From contig NC_043010.1 of assembly GCF_006345805.1 (NCBI RefSeq), forward strand, positions 18,042,001 through 18,106,000: a DNA stretch of 64,000 nucleotides. The letters are read 5' to 3'. Within the stretch, counting starts at the first letter, position 1; each line of letters starts with the position of its first letter. The translations under genes and the position numbers were made by a program. The notes beneath the pieces are model-generated. The model did no database searches. It saw only the letters and a program-made list of their open reading frames with translations, and was not told where the DNA came from. This DNA comes from Octopus sinensis. Taxonomy: Eukaryota. Positions 1 through 13,019 of this stretch are shown piece after piece.

Positions 1-330
1 GGTACCGTGCAGTGGAATCGAATCCAAAACCATGTCATTATAAAGCAAGTATCTCAGCCACACAACCAATGCCTGGTATGTATCTTTCAGTCATTGCACT
101 GCGGCCATTGCTGAATGATATATCAACCCTGGTACTTGTTATTTCTTATTCTATCTGTCTTTTTTGGCGAACTGCTAAGTTAGGGAGACATATACATATC
201 ACCACCAGCTGTGAAGTGGCGGCGGCAGACAAACACTAACACAAAAATACAAAACAGTGGTGCCCCAGCATGACCACAACTTTAAAGCTGAAACAATGTT
301 GAGAATTTATATATATATATATATATACAT

Positions 331-390
<60 letters not shown>

Positions 391-857
391 CACACGTGTG
401 TGTGTGTGTGTATATATATGTATATATATATATATAAAGCGAAAGAGAATACGCTTTCGCACAGTTTCCATCTACGAAATTCACTCACAAGACCTTGATT
501 GGCCTGCGGCCGAAGCCATTTTCCCAGGGTACCGTGCAGTGGAATCGAATCCAAAACCATGTCATTATAAAGCAAGTATCTCAGCCACACAACCAATGCC
601 TGGTATGTATCTTTCAGTCATTGCACTGCGGCCATTGCTGAATGATATATCAACCCTGGTACTTGTTATTTCTTATTCTATCTGTCTTTTTTGGCGAACT
701 GCTAAGTTAGGGAGACATATACATATCACCACCAGCTGTGAAGTGGCGGCGGCAGACAAACACTAACACAAAAATACAAAACAGTGGTGCCCCAGCATGA
801 CCACAACTTTAAAGCTGAAACAATGTTGAGAATTTATATATATATATATATATACAT

Positions 858-890
<33 letters not shown>

Positions 891-1357
891 TACACACACA
901 CAACACACACACACACCACACGTGTGTGTGTGTGTGTATATATATGTATATATATATATATAAAGCGAAAGAGAATACGCTTTCGCACAGTTTCCATCTA
1001 CGAAATTCACTCACAAGACCTTGATTGGCCTGCGGCCGAAGCCATTTTCCCAGGGTACCGTGCAGTGGAATCGAATCCAAAACCATGTCATTATAAAGCA
1101 AGTATCTCAGCCACACAACCAATGCCTGGTATGTATCTTTCAGTCATTGCACTGCGGCCATTGCTGAATGATATATCAACCCTGGTACTTGTTATTTCTT
1201 ATTCTATCTGTCTTTTTTGGCGAACTGCTAAGTTAGGGAGACATATACATATCACCACCAGCTGTGAAGTGGCGGCGGCAGACAAACACTAACACAAAAA
1301 TACAAAACAGTGGTGCCCCAGCATGACCACAACTTTAAAGCTGAAACAATGTTGAGA

Positions 1358-1402
<45 letters not shown>

Positions 1403-1430
1403 CATACATACATACATACACACACACAAC
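1..1430. repeat. Tandem ~527-bp unit, about 2.7 copies, made of SINE fragments plus TA/CA microsatellites
   Basis: GGTACCGTGCAGTGGAATCG recurs at 1, 528 and 1054; units are near-identical except in the microsatellite tracts. Confidence 0.93.
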
Positions 1431-2380
1431 AGGATTCTTTCAGTTTCCTTCTATCAATTCACTCAAGAGGCTTTTGTTGGTCCAATGTAGAAGACACTTG
1501 CCCAAGGTGCCATGCAGTGGGATTGAACCTGGAACCTTGTCGTTGGGAAGCGAACTTCTTACTACACACCCATGCCTGCCCGTTTGTGTGTGTGTGTGTG
1601 TGTGTTTATGTATAGCCCCAAGACATTACTTTTCGCAGCACTGGACTGGCTTGTATAAGTTGATCTGATTTCCAGTAGACATCACCAAGACTTTGATGAA
1701 ACCAAATATCTTGGTTTCCAAATCAACAGGAAAGCTAATCCTGTTGGAATTAACTGTGGCCTTGAGAAGATGCAAGACATTTAGAGAATGTAATGCTAGG
1801 ATTTGGTGATGGTAGAGAATGAGGTGTTTGGCAGTGGAGGCTAGTAGTTGAGGGCTTGCAGGTTACACTGTGAGTAAGGCTTATGGGACTTAAGGCATTA
1901 TAGGGGCAAGCAGAAGAGCGATCAAGCAAAGTGTAGAGGCTGCTGCGAAAATATCTAGATGGGCTGGGGTGAAAAGAGGTGACCAATAGGGCTAGTAAAA
2001 TGCCGTTTGGACACAGGCCTAGGCTTTGTCAACTTAGGTTAGGTTGCCTGGAAGAGGGTGTTTGTTTTAAGACCCTTAACATCTTGTGAATCCAGGATCC
2101 ACAACAATAGTGATATGTTCAAGCTTTACATCTGTAGATGTACACACTCACACATACACGCATAATATATATGTGCCTGTCTTTGGGTGTGTGTGTGTAT
2201 TTGTGCCATGGCCAATGAGCAGGTACAGATGTGACTATGTGATCAAAAACCCTGCCTCACATGTGGTCTTGGGTTCAGTCCCACTTGGTGACACCTAGTG
2301 CAAATGTCTTCTATTGTAGCCCTAGGCTAACTAAAGCTTTGTGAGTGGATTTGGTAGATGGAAACTGAAAGAAACCTGTC

Positions 2381-2411
<31 letters not shown>

Positions 2412-2744
2412 AATATATATGTGTATGTCTTTGTCTAGACAGTACATGAAGGTTGTAAATGAGCATAATTTTCATACAAATGAACTTGTTCATGTTCAGT
2501 CTTCCATGAAAAACATGTCTGGTCATGGGGAAATAATCCCTTATTTAGGAACAGGTAAGGGTTGGTGATAGGAAGGGCATCCAGACATAGAAAATCTGCT
2601 CCAGCAAATCTCATTTGATCCATGCAAGCATGATAAAAACGGACAGTGAAAAACGATGATGATATTTGTGTATAGATGTAGAGATGTATCTTTATGTATG
2701 TATATGCACATGTATATATAGAAAGCCCTTTGTAAGACACCCAT

Positions 2745-3056
2745 GCCGGTGACACGTTAAAAGAAAAGCACCGTCTGAACGTGACAGATGCCAACGCCGC
2801 CTGACTGGCGTCCGTGTCGGTGACACGTAAAAGCACCAACTGATCGTGGCCGTTTGCCAGTCTGCTCTGGCCCCTGTGCCGGTGGCACATAAAAAGCACC
2901 CACTACACTCACAGAGAGGTTGGCATTAGGAAGGGCATCCAGCTGTAGAAACACTGCCAGATCAGCCTGGTGCAGCCTCCTGGCTTCCCAGACCCCAGTC
3001 GAACCGTCCAACCCATGCTAGCATGGAAAACAGACGTTAAATGATAATGATGATGA
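2745..3056 (+). mobile_element. SINE-like family C with (ATG)n tail, probably RTE-mobilised
   Basis: GGTTGGCATTAGGAAGGGCATCCAGCTGTAGAAA core and (GAT)n tail; many copies (about 4567, 6642, 8289, 8660, 16147, 26855, 45905, 55209, 56642). Confidence 0.75.
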
Positions 3057-3627
3057 TATATATATATATATATAGGTTATGAGAGGTAATGGTGTCAAGA
3101 AGACCCAAAGGTGTCAGGTTATGCTGAGTAAGAGCTATGGACAGACTATAGTTAAGCTCCAGGTTTGGTGATTATGCGAATGAGGAGTCCAACATCAGTC
3201 ATATATTAGCATGCATCTATATAAAAAATTAACTCTATGCTCGGAATGACCAATTTTAAATACTATTGAAACTTACACACAAGGCACAGGAAACTTATAT
3301 GTATACCATTCTGCTTAAATAATGGAACTGCAGATACATTATCCCTGCATATCTCACATCTGTTTTCATTCCTCCACTTCGCTCTCTATTTCATATCTTC
3401 TCTTGAATAACCATTGCTTATATATCCCGGAAACAGCTGTAAGACCTTTTATTTATAAATGTTCTGAAATCTTTCACAGCCTTGGATTTTTATCAAGTAG
3501 TAGGCTTACAAAGAATAAGTCATGGGGTCAATTTGTTTGACTAAAGGCGGTGCTCCAGCATGGCCACAGTCAAATGACTGAAACTAGTAAAAGAATAAAT
3601 GAATATATATGTGTGTGTGTGTATAAA

Positions 3628-4501
3628 TACGGGTGCAATGGATAAATTGTTGCCATTTTATATTCTTAATTTCATGCATGCACATTGTTTGTTTTTGATT
3701 TTGTCAACTACACAGTATAGTAGGGTCAATTGGCACCCTCTATGAGAAAAACAGCACCATGATGCCATTCACTCTGCCAGAAATTTGGAAACAGAATGCT
3801 GTACTGCTTGGCATTTGCACCAGAAACTCCAGTACAAACATTTCAGAGTGTTTGGGTGTCAATCTGAGGAAATGTACCAAGAACGATAAAAATCAAACAT
3901 CCAGTCAACATCATGGTGTTTGGAGTGATCACTAGTGATGGTGATGTTATGCCTCCATTCATCTTCCCACCTGACCTCACATTCAACACGGAGGACTACA
4001 TCAAGTGCCTGGGGGAGGTAATGCTGTCCTAGGTCAAGAGGGTGGCTGCTAGAAGACCCTATGTCTGGCCACAGGACTCTGCACCATGTCACACAAGCAA
4101 GAAAACCCAGTCATGACTGTCAGACAATTTCTGCGACCACACCACCCTTAACATCTGGCCACCTAACTCCCCAGACTGCAACCCCCTTGATTATTATGTG
4201 TGGGGTGCAGTTGAACGAGAGACCAACAAAGCTCCTTGTATCACCAAGGATGAACTGAAGGTTAGGATTATGGCAGCATTCACCAACTTAAACAAGGAAA
4301 CCGTTCAGAAGAGTTTCAGGAGATTCCAAAGATGTTTGGAGGCCATGGTTGAAGTCATTGGCGATTTTATGGAATAAATTTACTCTTTAGTATTTCAAGA
4401 TATTGTTATGTAATTTTGGTAAATATATTTGTTAAAGTGAGATGTCACTCTTATTTTCATTTTTGCATAATTTAGACAACAGTTTATCACGGCAACCTGT
4501 A
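3628..4501 (+). mobile_element. Tc1/mariner-superfamily (maT, DD37D) transposon relic, internally deleted
   Basis: Translates MVFGVITSDGDVMPPFIF...QDSAPCH...WPPNSPDCNPLDY with stops; 37 residues between the 2nd and 3rd catalytic Asp; degenerate TIRs ending CTG|TA. Confidence 0.85.
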
Positions 4502-6806
4502 TGTATATATATATATATACACACATACTGATATGCATGTATATATTTATATATGTATACATGTACATCATCATCATCATCATCATTTAATGTCCATTTT
4601 CCATTCTGGCATGGATTGGACAGTTCAACAGGAACTGGCAAGCCAAAGAGCTGTACCAAAGTCCACTGTCTGCTATGGCATAGTTTCTATAGCTGGATGC
4701 CCTTCCTAATGCCAACCACTTCACAGAGTGTACTGAGTACTTTTCACATGGCGCCAGCACCCACGCCAATGCTTTTTCTGTGACAGTCTGGTTTTAGGAT
4801 CTCAATTCTGTTGTGGTAGGCAGGTCTTCTTGAGTATTGCAGTGCACCACATATCTTGGTCCTGTCATCCAACATCCCTTTTTCCATGCTGGTGTGAAGA
4901 GGCTGCTCTAAGCTCCAATGTCTGTTTTGGCTCCATTTCTACAACCGTATGCCCTTCCTAATGCCAACCACTTCACTGTGTGTGCTGGGTGCTTTTTGCA
5001 TGGCATCAGCACTGGTGAGGCCACCAAATAGCCATAAGACTCCTCAGTTGAATGTGAGGGTTAGGAAAGCAAAGATAGAGGGACAGGAGAAGGTGTCTAG
5101 CTGAAGAGGTGAATACATGGCTTGCTGATCTGGAGAGAGAGAGATGTTGGAGTGGAAGGTGAATATGAAAAACAGAAAAGGTGGATTGTTAGGTAAGTGC
5201 ATGAGAGTGAAAGTAGAGAATGAGTTGGATGCAGAAAAGGCCACTCCAGCAGAGAGGAAGTGAAAGGTGGAAATAGGGTAGCATACCAGACAGATAGATT
5301 AATGGGTGTTGTGGTTTTGGGGGAGGCTTGACAGAACCTTAATTCTGCTGAGAGGGACAGTTTCTTCTCAAACAGAGCTTATCACCATGCATCTCAGTCC
5401 CCTATTAACGTCCCTTTTTCCATGCTGACATGGGTTTGCTGGTTTGACATGAACAGACAAGTCAAAGGGCTGTGCTAAGCTCAAATGTCTGGCACTCTTT
5501 CTACATTTGGATGCCTTTCCTAATGCCAACCACTTCACAGAGTGTACAGGGTGCTTTTGTGGCACCAGCACAAGAGACTTAATATCTTGATGTCAGTTTC
5601 ATCCCCCACTCCATCCCGTGTCTTCTGCGGCCTTGCTTTCTCCTCAGGCTTCCTGGTGATCAGCACTTCATACAGCTGTCCTCATCCATATACATCACTG
5701 ACCATACTAACGCAATCTTCTCTCTTGCACATCTGATGCTTCTTTTGCCCATTTTTCCTTTCAGTACATTTGTACTTTGCTGAACATGCATACTGACATT
5801 TCAATTCCAGTGGAGGATGCTACTTTCATTTCTTTAACAGCTCAAGTTTCATAACCATGTAGCTGGAAAGCTGAGCATTTTCCAATGGAAGTCAGATGTA
5901 GAGGGTTCATTGGACACAGTGTGAGATGACTGTTGTTATCGTTAGGCCTAACTCATCATGAAGTCACTACCACCATGACTGATATCCAAACTACAGTGAA
6001 AAAGACTAACCACTGGATTGGGAAAGAGACGATGAGCAATGGCTAGAAGAATGTTGAGCTTTATTTGATAACCAGCTGATCTAGCAAGCGGGGCCTCATA
6101 TCATGAGGCGAGGGCGGGGGCAATGCGCATTGATGCCGTCGAGAGGTAGACCCCGAAACGGCGCGCATTCTTTCCTGATGACCCCATACACTTGCTGGCT
6201 TCCAGCATGTGGAGCTCTCGACTGGAAGCACTTGTATGTGCAAGTTGTTTGCAAAACATCTTGGGACACAGGTGGCTGTTTGGTAAGAAGTTTGTTTCTT
6301 AACCATTTGGTTCTGGGTTCAGTCCCACTCTGTGGCAACTTGGGCAAGTATTTTCCATTATAACATTGGGCCAACCAAAGCCTTCTGAGTGTATTTGGTA
6401 GATGGAAACTGAAAGAAGCCCATCATATATGTGTGTCTGAGTTTGTTCCCCATCATTGCTTGACAACCAGTGTTGGTGTGTTTACATTCCTGTAGCTTCG
6501 TGGTTTGGCAAGAGATGCTGATAGCGTAAGTGCCAGGCTTAAAAGTAAGAATAAGCTCTCAAGGTCGATTCGTTCCACTAAAATTCTTCAAGGCATTTCC
6601 CCAACATGGCTGCAGTCTAAAAGACTGGAACACACAACTGAAAATCACCCACTACACTCACGGAGTGGTTGGCGTTAGGAAAGGCATCCAGCTGTAGAAA
6701 CACTGCCAGATCTGACTGGCCTGGTGCAGCCTTCGGGCTCCTCAGACCCCAGTTGAACCGTCCAACCCATGCTAGCATGGAAAGCGGACGTTAGATGATG
6801 ATGATG

Positions 6807-7038
6807 ATTTCTTTATTGCCCACAAGGGGCTAAACATAGAGGGGACAAACAAGGACAGACAAAGGGATTAAGTCGATTATATTGACCCCAGTGCATAACT
6901 GGTACTTAATTTATTGACCTCGAAAGGATGAAAGGCAAAGCCGATCTCGGTGGGATTTGAACTCACAACGTAACGGCAGACAAAATATGGCTACGCATTT
7001 CGCCCAGCGTGCTAACGTTTCTGCTAGCTCGCCGCCTT
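6807..7038 (-). mobile_element. tRNA-derived SINE, family A
   Basis: AAGGCGGCGAGCTGGCAGAA head, B-box-like GAGTTCAAAT, GCCTTTCATCCTTTCG core; at least 9 loci in the window. Confidence 0.85.
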
Positions 7039-7377
7039 CAACTGATAAAAATATATTTATGTATATATCTGTACATATATACATACGTATGTATCTATTT
7101 CTTTCTTATTCAATTGGCAGAAGTTAGAAAGTATGCATGGCAAGGAAGATGAAATGTTCTTGTTAACCAAATTCATTTAAAACTGAGAGCTTTATTGATA
7201 TCAACCTGGGATTTTAAAATCATTTTTGCTCTTATATATATATATATATATAGGAACAACTGTAAGGACAAGCAAGTTAGGCAAGTCGATATACAAAAAA
7301 TATTAAATACATTTAATACAAAAAATGTTCATACGTATGCATATAAGCAAAGTCTGACTTCCAGAATATAAATATAA

Positions 7378-8089
7378 TTGCTGGCTCATAGTGCTAGTGC
7401 ATGCATATACAGCTGCGTGCGCACATGCATGCGAATACTGTCCAAATCTCCGACCAATCACATACAGTTAGCTGGCATTCAATTGGCACATCAAGTTTCG
7501 GGCATTTTGATTGGGTTTTGGATAGAAAATTCACAAAAAAGTCACTTCTATTGATTTTTTAATGGCTTTGCAGGGTGACTGAGGAAATGTAAAGATGTGC
7601 ACGACCACCCTTGGACGGTTTTGAATGAGCATAGAAAGTGTGAGCCCTCTAACTGAAAAATTGTGGATTTGTATAAAGGACACACACAGACAGACATTTT
7701 GCCGTTTATAAATATAGAGATATCTCTATATTTATAAACGGCAAAATGTCTGTCTGTGTGTGTCCTTTATACAAATTCACAATTTTTCAGTTAGAGGGCT
7801 CACACTTTCTATGCTCATTCAGAACCGTCCAAGGGTGGTCGTGCACATCTTTACATTTCCTCAGTCACCCTGCAAAGCCATTAAAAAATCAATAGAAGTG
7901 ACTTTTTTGTGAATTTTCTATCCAAAACCCAATCAAAATGCCCGAAACTAGATATGCCAATTGAATGCCAGCTAGCTGTATCTGATTTGTTGGAGATTTG
8001 GACAGTACTCACGTGTATGTGCGCACGCACACAGCTGCATATGCATGCACTAGCACTATGACCCGGCGTTGCTGGGTCATAGTGCTAGT
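7378..8089. mobile_element. Two head-to-head Helitron-like non-autonomous elements forming a palindrome
   Basis: Symmetry axis at 7721/7722 (AGAGAT|ATCTCT). The right copy starts TCTCTATATTTATAAAC and ends with the hairpin TAGCACTATGACCC...GGGTCATAGTGCTA and CTAGT. Confidence 0.7.
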
Positions 8090-8288
8090 CATTTATATTC
8101 TGGAAGTCCAACTTTTTTTTATATGCATACATATGTACATTTTTTGTATTAGATGTATTTGATATGGTTTGTATATTGACTTCCTAATTTGCTTGTCTTT
8201 ACATTTGCTCCTCTACCTACTCAAGTTCAAATCCCTTGAGCACTACAAAGTGGACTCTATACAGAGAATATCTGTCTCTAATCTATAT

Positions 8289-8812
8289 ATCATCATCATC
8301 ATCATTGTTTAACGTCTGCTTTCGATGCTGGCATGGGTTGAACGGTTTGACTAAGGACTGGCAAACCAGAAGGCTGCACCTGGCTCCAATGTGATCGAGC
8401 AAAGTTCCTAATACCAACCACTCAAAGAGTGTAGTGGGTGCTTTTACATGCCACCGGCACGAGGGCCAGTCAGGTGGTACTGGCAACGACCATGGTCAAA
8501 GGTGTTTTTACATGCTACCTGCACAGGAGCCAGTCTGGTGGCACTGCCAAAGACCACGCTCGAATGTTGTTTTTCACATGCCACCGGCACATATGCCAGT
8601 AAGGCGATGCTGGTATTGGTTCCACATGAAAAGTACTGGTGCTGATGCCACATAAAAAGCACTCATTATTTTCTGTAAAGTGGTTGGCATTAGGAAGTGC
8701 ATCCAGTTGTAGAAATTGTGCCAAAACAGACAATGGAACCTGGTGCAGCTCCTGTCAAGCTGTCCAACCCATGCTAGTTTGGAAAATAGATGTTAAATGA
8801 TGATGATGATGA
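8289..8812. mobile_element. Two family C copies in opposite orientation, with internal ~64-bp tandem repeats
   Basis: (CAT)n at the left end and (GAT)n at the right end; GTGCTTTTACATGCCACCGGCAC-type units at about 8438, 8502 and 8566. Confidence 0.7.
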
Positions 8813-11758
8813 TGGCTCTTTAATTTAATTTAAACGTAGTAAACCTAATATTTCTTGAATGGATTATAGAGCAGGATATTTAATTCATAATTTCTATATG
8901 CATTTATCATATGCCCAGTAGAAATATCTCCCCCCCCCCCAACTCCACTCTTTACTTAGTTACTTTCAAATTTCCTCTCTATTTTAACTTATATGCTTTC
9001 TTCCTTTCCAATGATTAAAATTGTGGGGATATTGTAGTAATTCTCATTTCTCTCGTTTCACTGTCCCAGCTTGCTTTTAAATTTGATGACACTTGGATCT
9101 ATCAGCTGCTGTGGTTTTGGCAAATTTAACTAAATCAAATTGATACGTCTTTCATCTACAATCTCCATTTACTGAATTTATTTGGATGGAAAATTCCTGT
9201 TGTTTGTAACTCGTATACAATGCAACAACAGCACCTCCAACAGTATATATGTTTGTTGAAAACTCTTAAAATCTATCATGATAACTTCAGGCTGTAGGGA
9301 GAATGGTTGAGGGCTGTTTCATGGAAACAGATCCTCTAGTCACCTGACACAATTGTAATCTCAAATAAAGTTATGGAACAACATTATCTTTACCGTTTAT
9401 TCTGATTGCTATATAGTATATCACTCACCAGGTGATGTGCAAGTACAGAGCTATTCCTGGATTATATTTATAAAATAATATGTACGTATGTGAAACATTC
9501 AGGAACTAACAGCTATTGCCAGTGCACAGAAACAATTGTTGTGATTTGGATTAAAGCTGTTCATTCCTTCTTCATCATCACCATTATTGACAGGAGCTGG
9601 CCAAGTAGAAAAACTACCCTAGGCTACTGTGTCTGTTTTGGCTGGGATCTTACGACTGGATGCTCTTCCTGAGTCCCCCAAATTTTCGGGCCTTGTGCCT
9701 AGAGGAGAAAAGGATACACAAACAGACATGCATGCATAATCACACAGATGTGTTTCCTAACGAGCTTAATTGAAAGTGAGCTTCATTAAGCTTCCTAATT
9801 AGACTCTGTTTTGTTTGTATTCAGTGCTTTTCAAGTGGTACTAGCACAGGCAAGGTTAATTTTAGTGTGATTTCTTCTTGTATTATAATCGTTTTTGTAT
9901 ATCTTCTTGTGTGTTTTGTGTATTTCCCTCTTGTTCACTGATTTGTAATAACCAATGACTTCTTGGCAATGTTGTTTGCTTGCAGACCCTTATGAAAAGT
10001 TGTTCGTCTTCTTGTTGATTTAATTGGCTGGGTGGTTATTACATTCCTTGCATACAAGTGGGATTGGTGGCAGGAATAATCCTTCCATGGTATACGTTCA
10101 TTGGACCAAGGCCAGAATGGATAAGTAGATGTTAAAACGATACCGCCTCCCTCCAAGTGTCCACAAAACTGCATTCACCTCTCCTCCATCTCCCACTCAC
10201 CCTGTCCAATCCTCTCGACCCCTTCACACCCTCTAACTTGAAGGTATTCCCCTATACATCTTCCTCACCATCTTCTCTCTCCTTTCGCTCCTCTCTATTT
10301 CTCCAGCTGTGGTACCTCTGTATCTCTTCTGCTGCTCTCCCTCAATCATTCTCTAACTGCTCGTCACCTGGCACAAATCCATGTCTTGCAACACTATTCC
10401 CCACCCCTTGAAGTAGGTCTTCACTTGCAAAGTACTTGGTGACCTCACTAGTGCTGGTGCCACATAAAGGACATACAGCACATTCTCTGAAGTGGTTGGC
10501 ATTATGAAGAGCATCCTGTTGTAGAAACCATACCAAAGGAGACAGTTGCGCTTGGGGGAGTTCTCTGGCCTTGGCATCTCCTATCAAGCCATCCATGGCT
10601 TGACAGGTGTGTGTGTGTTTCCAGATTATGGTTGGAAGGATATAGAATCCAAGTGGGCACCGTAGTCGCTTTTATTGGATATTAATGCTGGCTGACCTCT
10701 GTGAGTGTATAAAAAACTCCAGTCAGTTTGATTTACTAACCTCAGTCTATCTTCACATTGGTAAATCCATGTCTCTTTAGGGACTGCATTATTCCGTAGT
10801 ATAAACAGCCATGTGCAATGTGTTACCATAAAGGAAAAAATATAATTGTCAGGATTCCTACATTGCTAGAAATAAGAGCTAAAATGCTCTAATGCTGTAG
10901 GAAAAGTACATAATTGTATATGTATATGCTCATATATCTGCCATTTGGTAATTATGACACAATCCCTAGAAGCAGAGACAATGTTAATAAACCATGAATT
11001 TATGTTGTATGGTATTTGATGAGCCTGTATCTGTTTATAACACTGGCTGCTCCAGGTTATTTCTTTTGCTTATTTTCATATAAATTATGCAAATTGTCTT
11101 GGCTATAAATATTTTCTTTTGTCTAAGTCTCTTGGCTCTTGAAGATAAGGCAATTGTTGTGCTGATGATGGCCATTGAGCCAGAAACGCGTGTGCACAGC
11201 AGCTCCAGACACTAAGCATGTCCCTTTCCTTTATGGCATGTCTGGAGAGCTTTTGATTCTTGAAATGATTTTGCCTTCTCATATGGTGCTGGCCTTAATT
11301 GCCATTCGGTTATTTATAATACATCCTTTAGAGGTGGAGATAATTTTAATAAATCAAGAATTTATGCTGTATGGTATTTGATGTACCTATATTTGTTTTA
11401 CACACACACACACACAATATTATCTGGGTAATACCCTCATAATGTGCACTTCAAAGCTCCTATCCTGTTATTGGCTACCATATGTCATCATACAGCAGGG
11501 ATGTTCCTTGAGCTGGAGAAACATGTGAAACTCCATTAGTGTATAGGATTTATATAAAAATTTAGACAAGAAGATGATGGAATAAACAGGTTTTAATTAT
11601 AAATTACAACATTTGTTTGTGTGCAATGACAACAGCTGTACATAAAAGCGACTACATAAAATTATTCTAAAATTACATATGATCCAGTAACAGCTGTGTG
11701 CGGGCACTTCATTGGGTAGATTACTTGTAAAGTACTATTTTATATATATATATATATA

Positions 11759-11990
11759 TATACTATATATTTGTGAAAAGGGCAGACGTTGTCTCACAAG
11801 CAGTTGTGCAGGCAAGAGTGTTAGTAAATGTGGTCGGATTGACCTGGAAATTTTCACATCCATGTTAAAAGTGCTGGGGAGTTTGCATGGCGACTTTGAG
11901 TTTGCTCAATTGAAAAGCGTGGCCTCTTGGGCAAAATTCCTCATCTTTAAAATATGGCGTGAGTAAACCGGAATGAATCAGGTTATAATA

Positions 11991-11995
<5 letters not shown>
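11759..11995 (+). mobile_element. Helitron-like non-autonomous element in (TA)n
   Basis: TACTATAT start, weak subterminal hairpin AACCGG...CAGGTT, CTAAT end, flanked by (TA)n. Confidence 0.4.
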
Positions 11996-12053
<58 letters not shown>

Positions 12054-13019
12054 GGACCGTTATAACGGTCCTGTTTTCATACCGAATTCTACTTGGTGAA
12101 ATTTATTGATTACTTAGTAATTAATTAGTTTTACCCTTAATTACTATATATATATATATGTGTGTGTGGGTGTGTGGAGTCCTATTATAAATCTATAATT
12201 ACTATAATTAGGTTCACTTGTGATATTTACTCTATAATTAGATGAAGCTATGGTTTACAGAACATGGCACTATATAATTTCTGAGGCATGATCAACAGTA
12301 ACAGACTGATCAAATTCTACTCTGATGGTTGTGGGGTCTAAATTTTGCGAGGTTATTGTTGAGCTTCTATCCCCGATTGCATCCCCCGTATGGTGGTGTT
12401 GTTACTGCAGGGGTGTATCTCTGGTGGTGTGGTGGAGGTGGCGGTAATCGATTGTAGCTAATTCTTTACTTAGTGGAAGTGGTACGGTCGTGACTCGTTT
12501 TGTAATTTAGCCCCTGGTCACCCCTGATCGAGCAAACCTTCGATAAAAGGCTTTCCACCCATGATCATCTCTTCTATAGCTAATATGCATGGACACGTTA
12601 TCAGACGTGTTTTGGCGAAGGTAAAGAATACGCACACCACCCGGGTTGTTTTTAATATTTTGTTTTTTATTTCTATTACGGCGGAATTGATCTGAGAAAA
12701 ATTTAATTGCTATTTCTAGCGGTTCGAATGACCATATTGAGGCTGATTGGTGCTGATGGCGGTGTGATTGCTGCTGATCATGCAGATGCTTCTTTGTAGC
12801 CTGTCTCCTTTGTACACGTGTAGATCTAATTTTGTCTTGTCCTATTGCCCGTTCACTGCTACCACATTCTCACGGTGACACATACCAGCTATTATACTAA
12901 CATCTCTCTCTCTCTCTCACGATAATGTATGTATGCGATGTATGTTTGTGTGTGTGTGTGTGTGTGGTGTGTATGAACAATACTCCTTATAATATTAATA
13001 GCCAGCTATATCTATTTAT

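Noticed and set aside
12-1292. Repeated 75-169 aa ORFs in the tandem unit
   Set aside because: Antisense translation of SINE fragments and microsatellites; no protein-family features.
8438-8660. CRISPR-like repeat-spacer appearance of the GTGCTTTTACATGCCACCGGCAC units
   Set aside because: The spacers are homologous to each other, the repeats are degenerate, the context is a eukaryotic SINE and no cas genes are present.
10626-10829. 67-aa minus-strand ORF as a gene exon
   Set aside because: No convincing splice sites or family motif; at most a heavily decayed LINE RT remnant.
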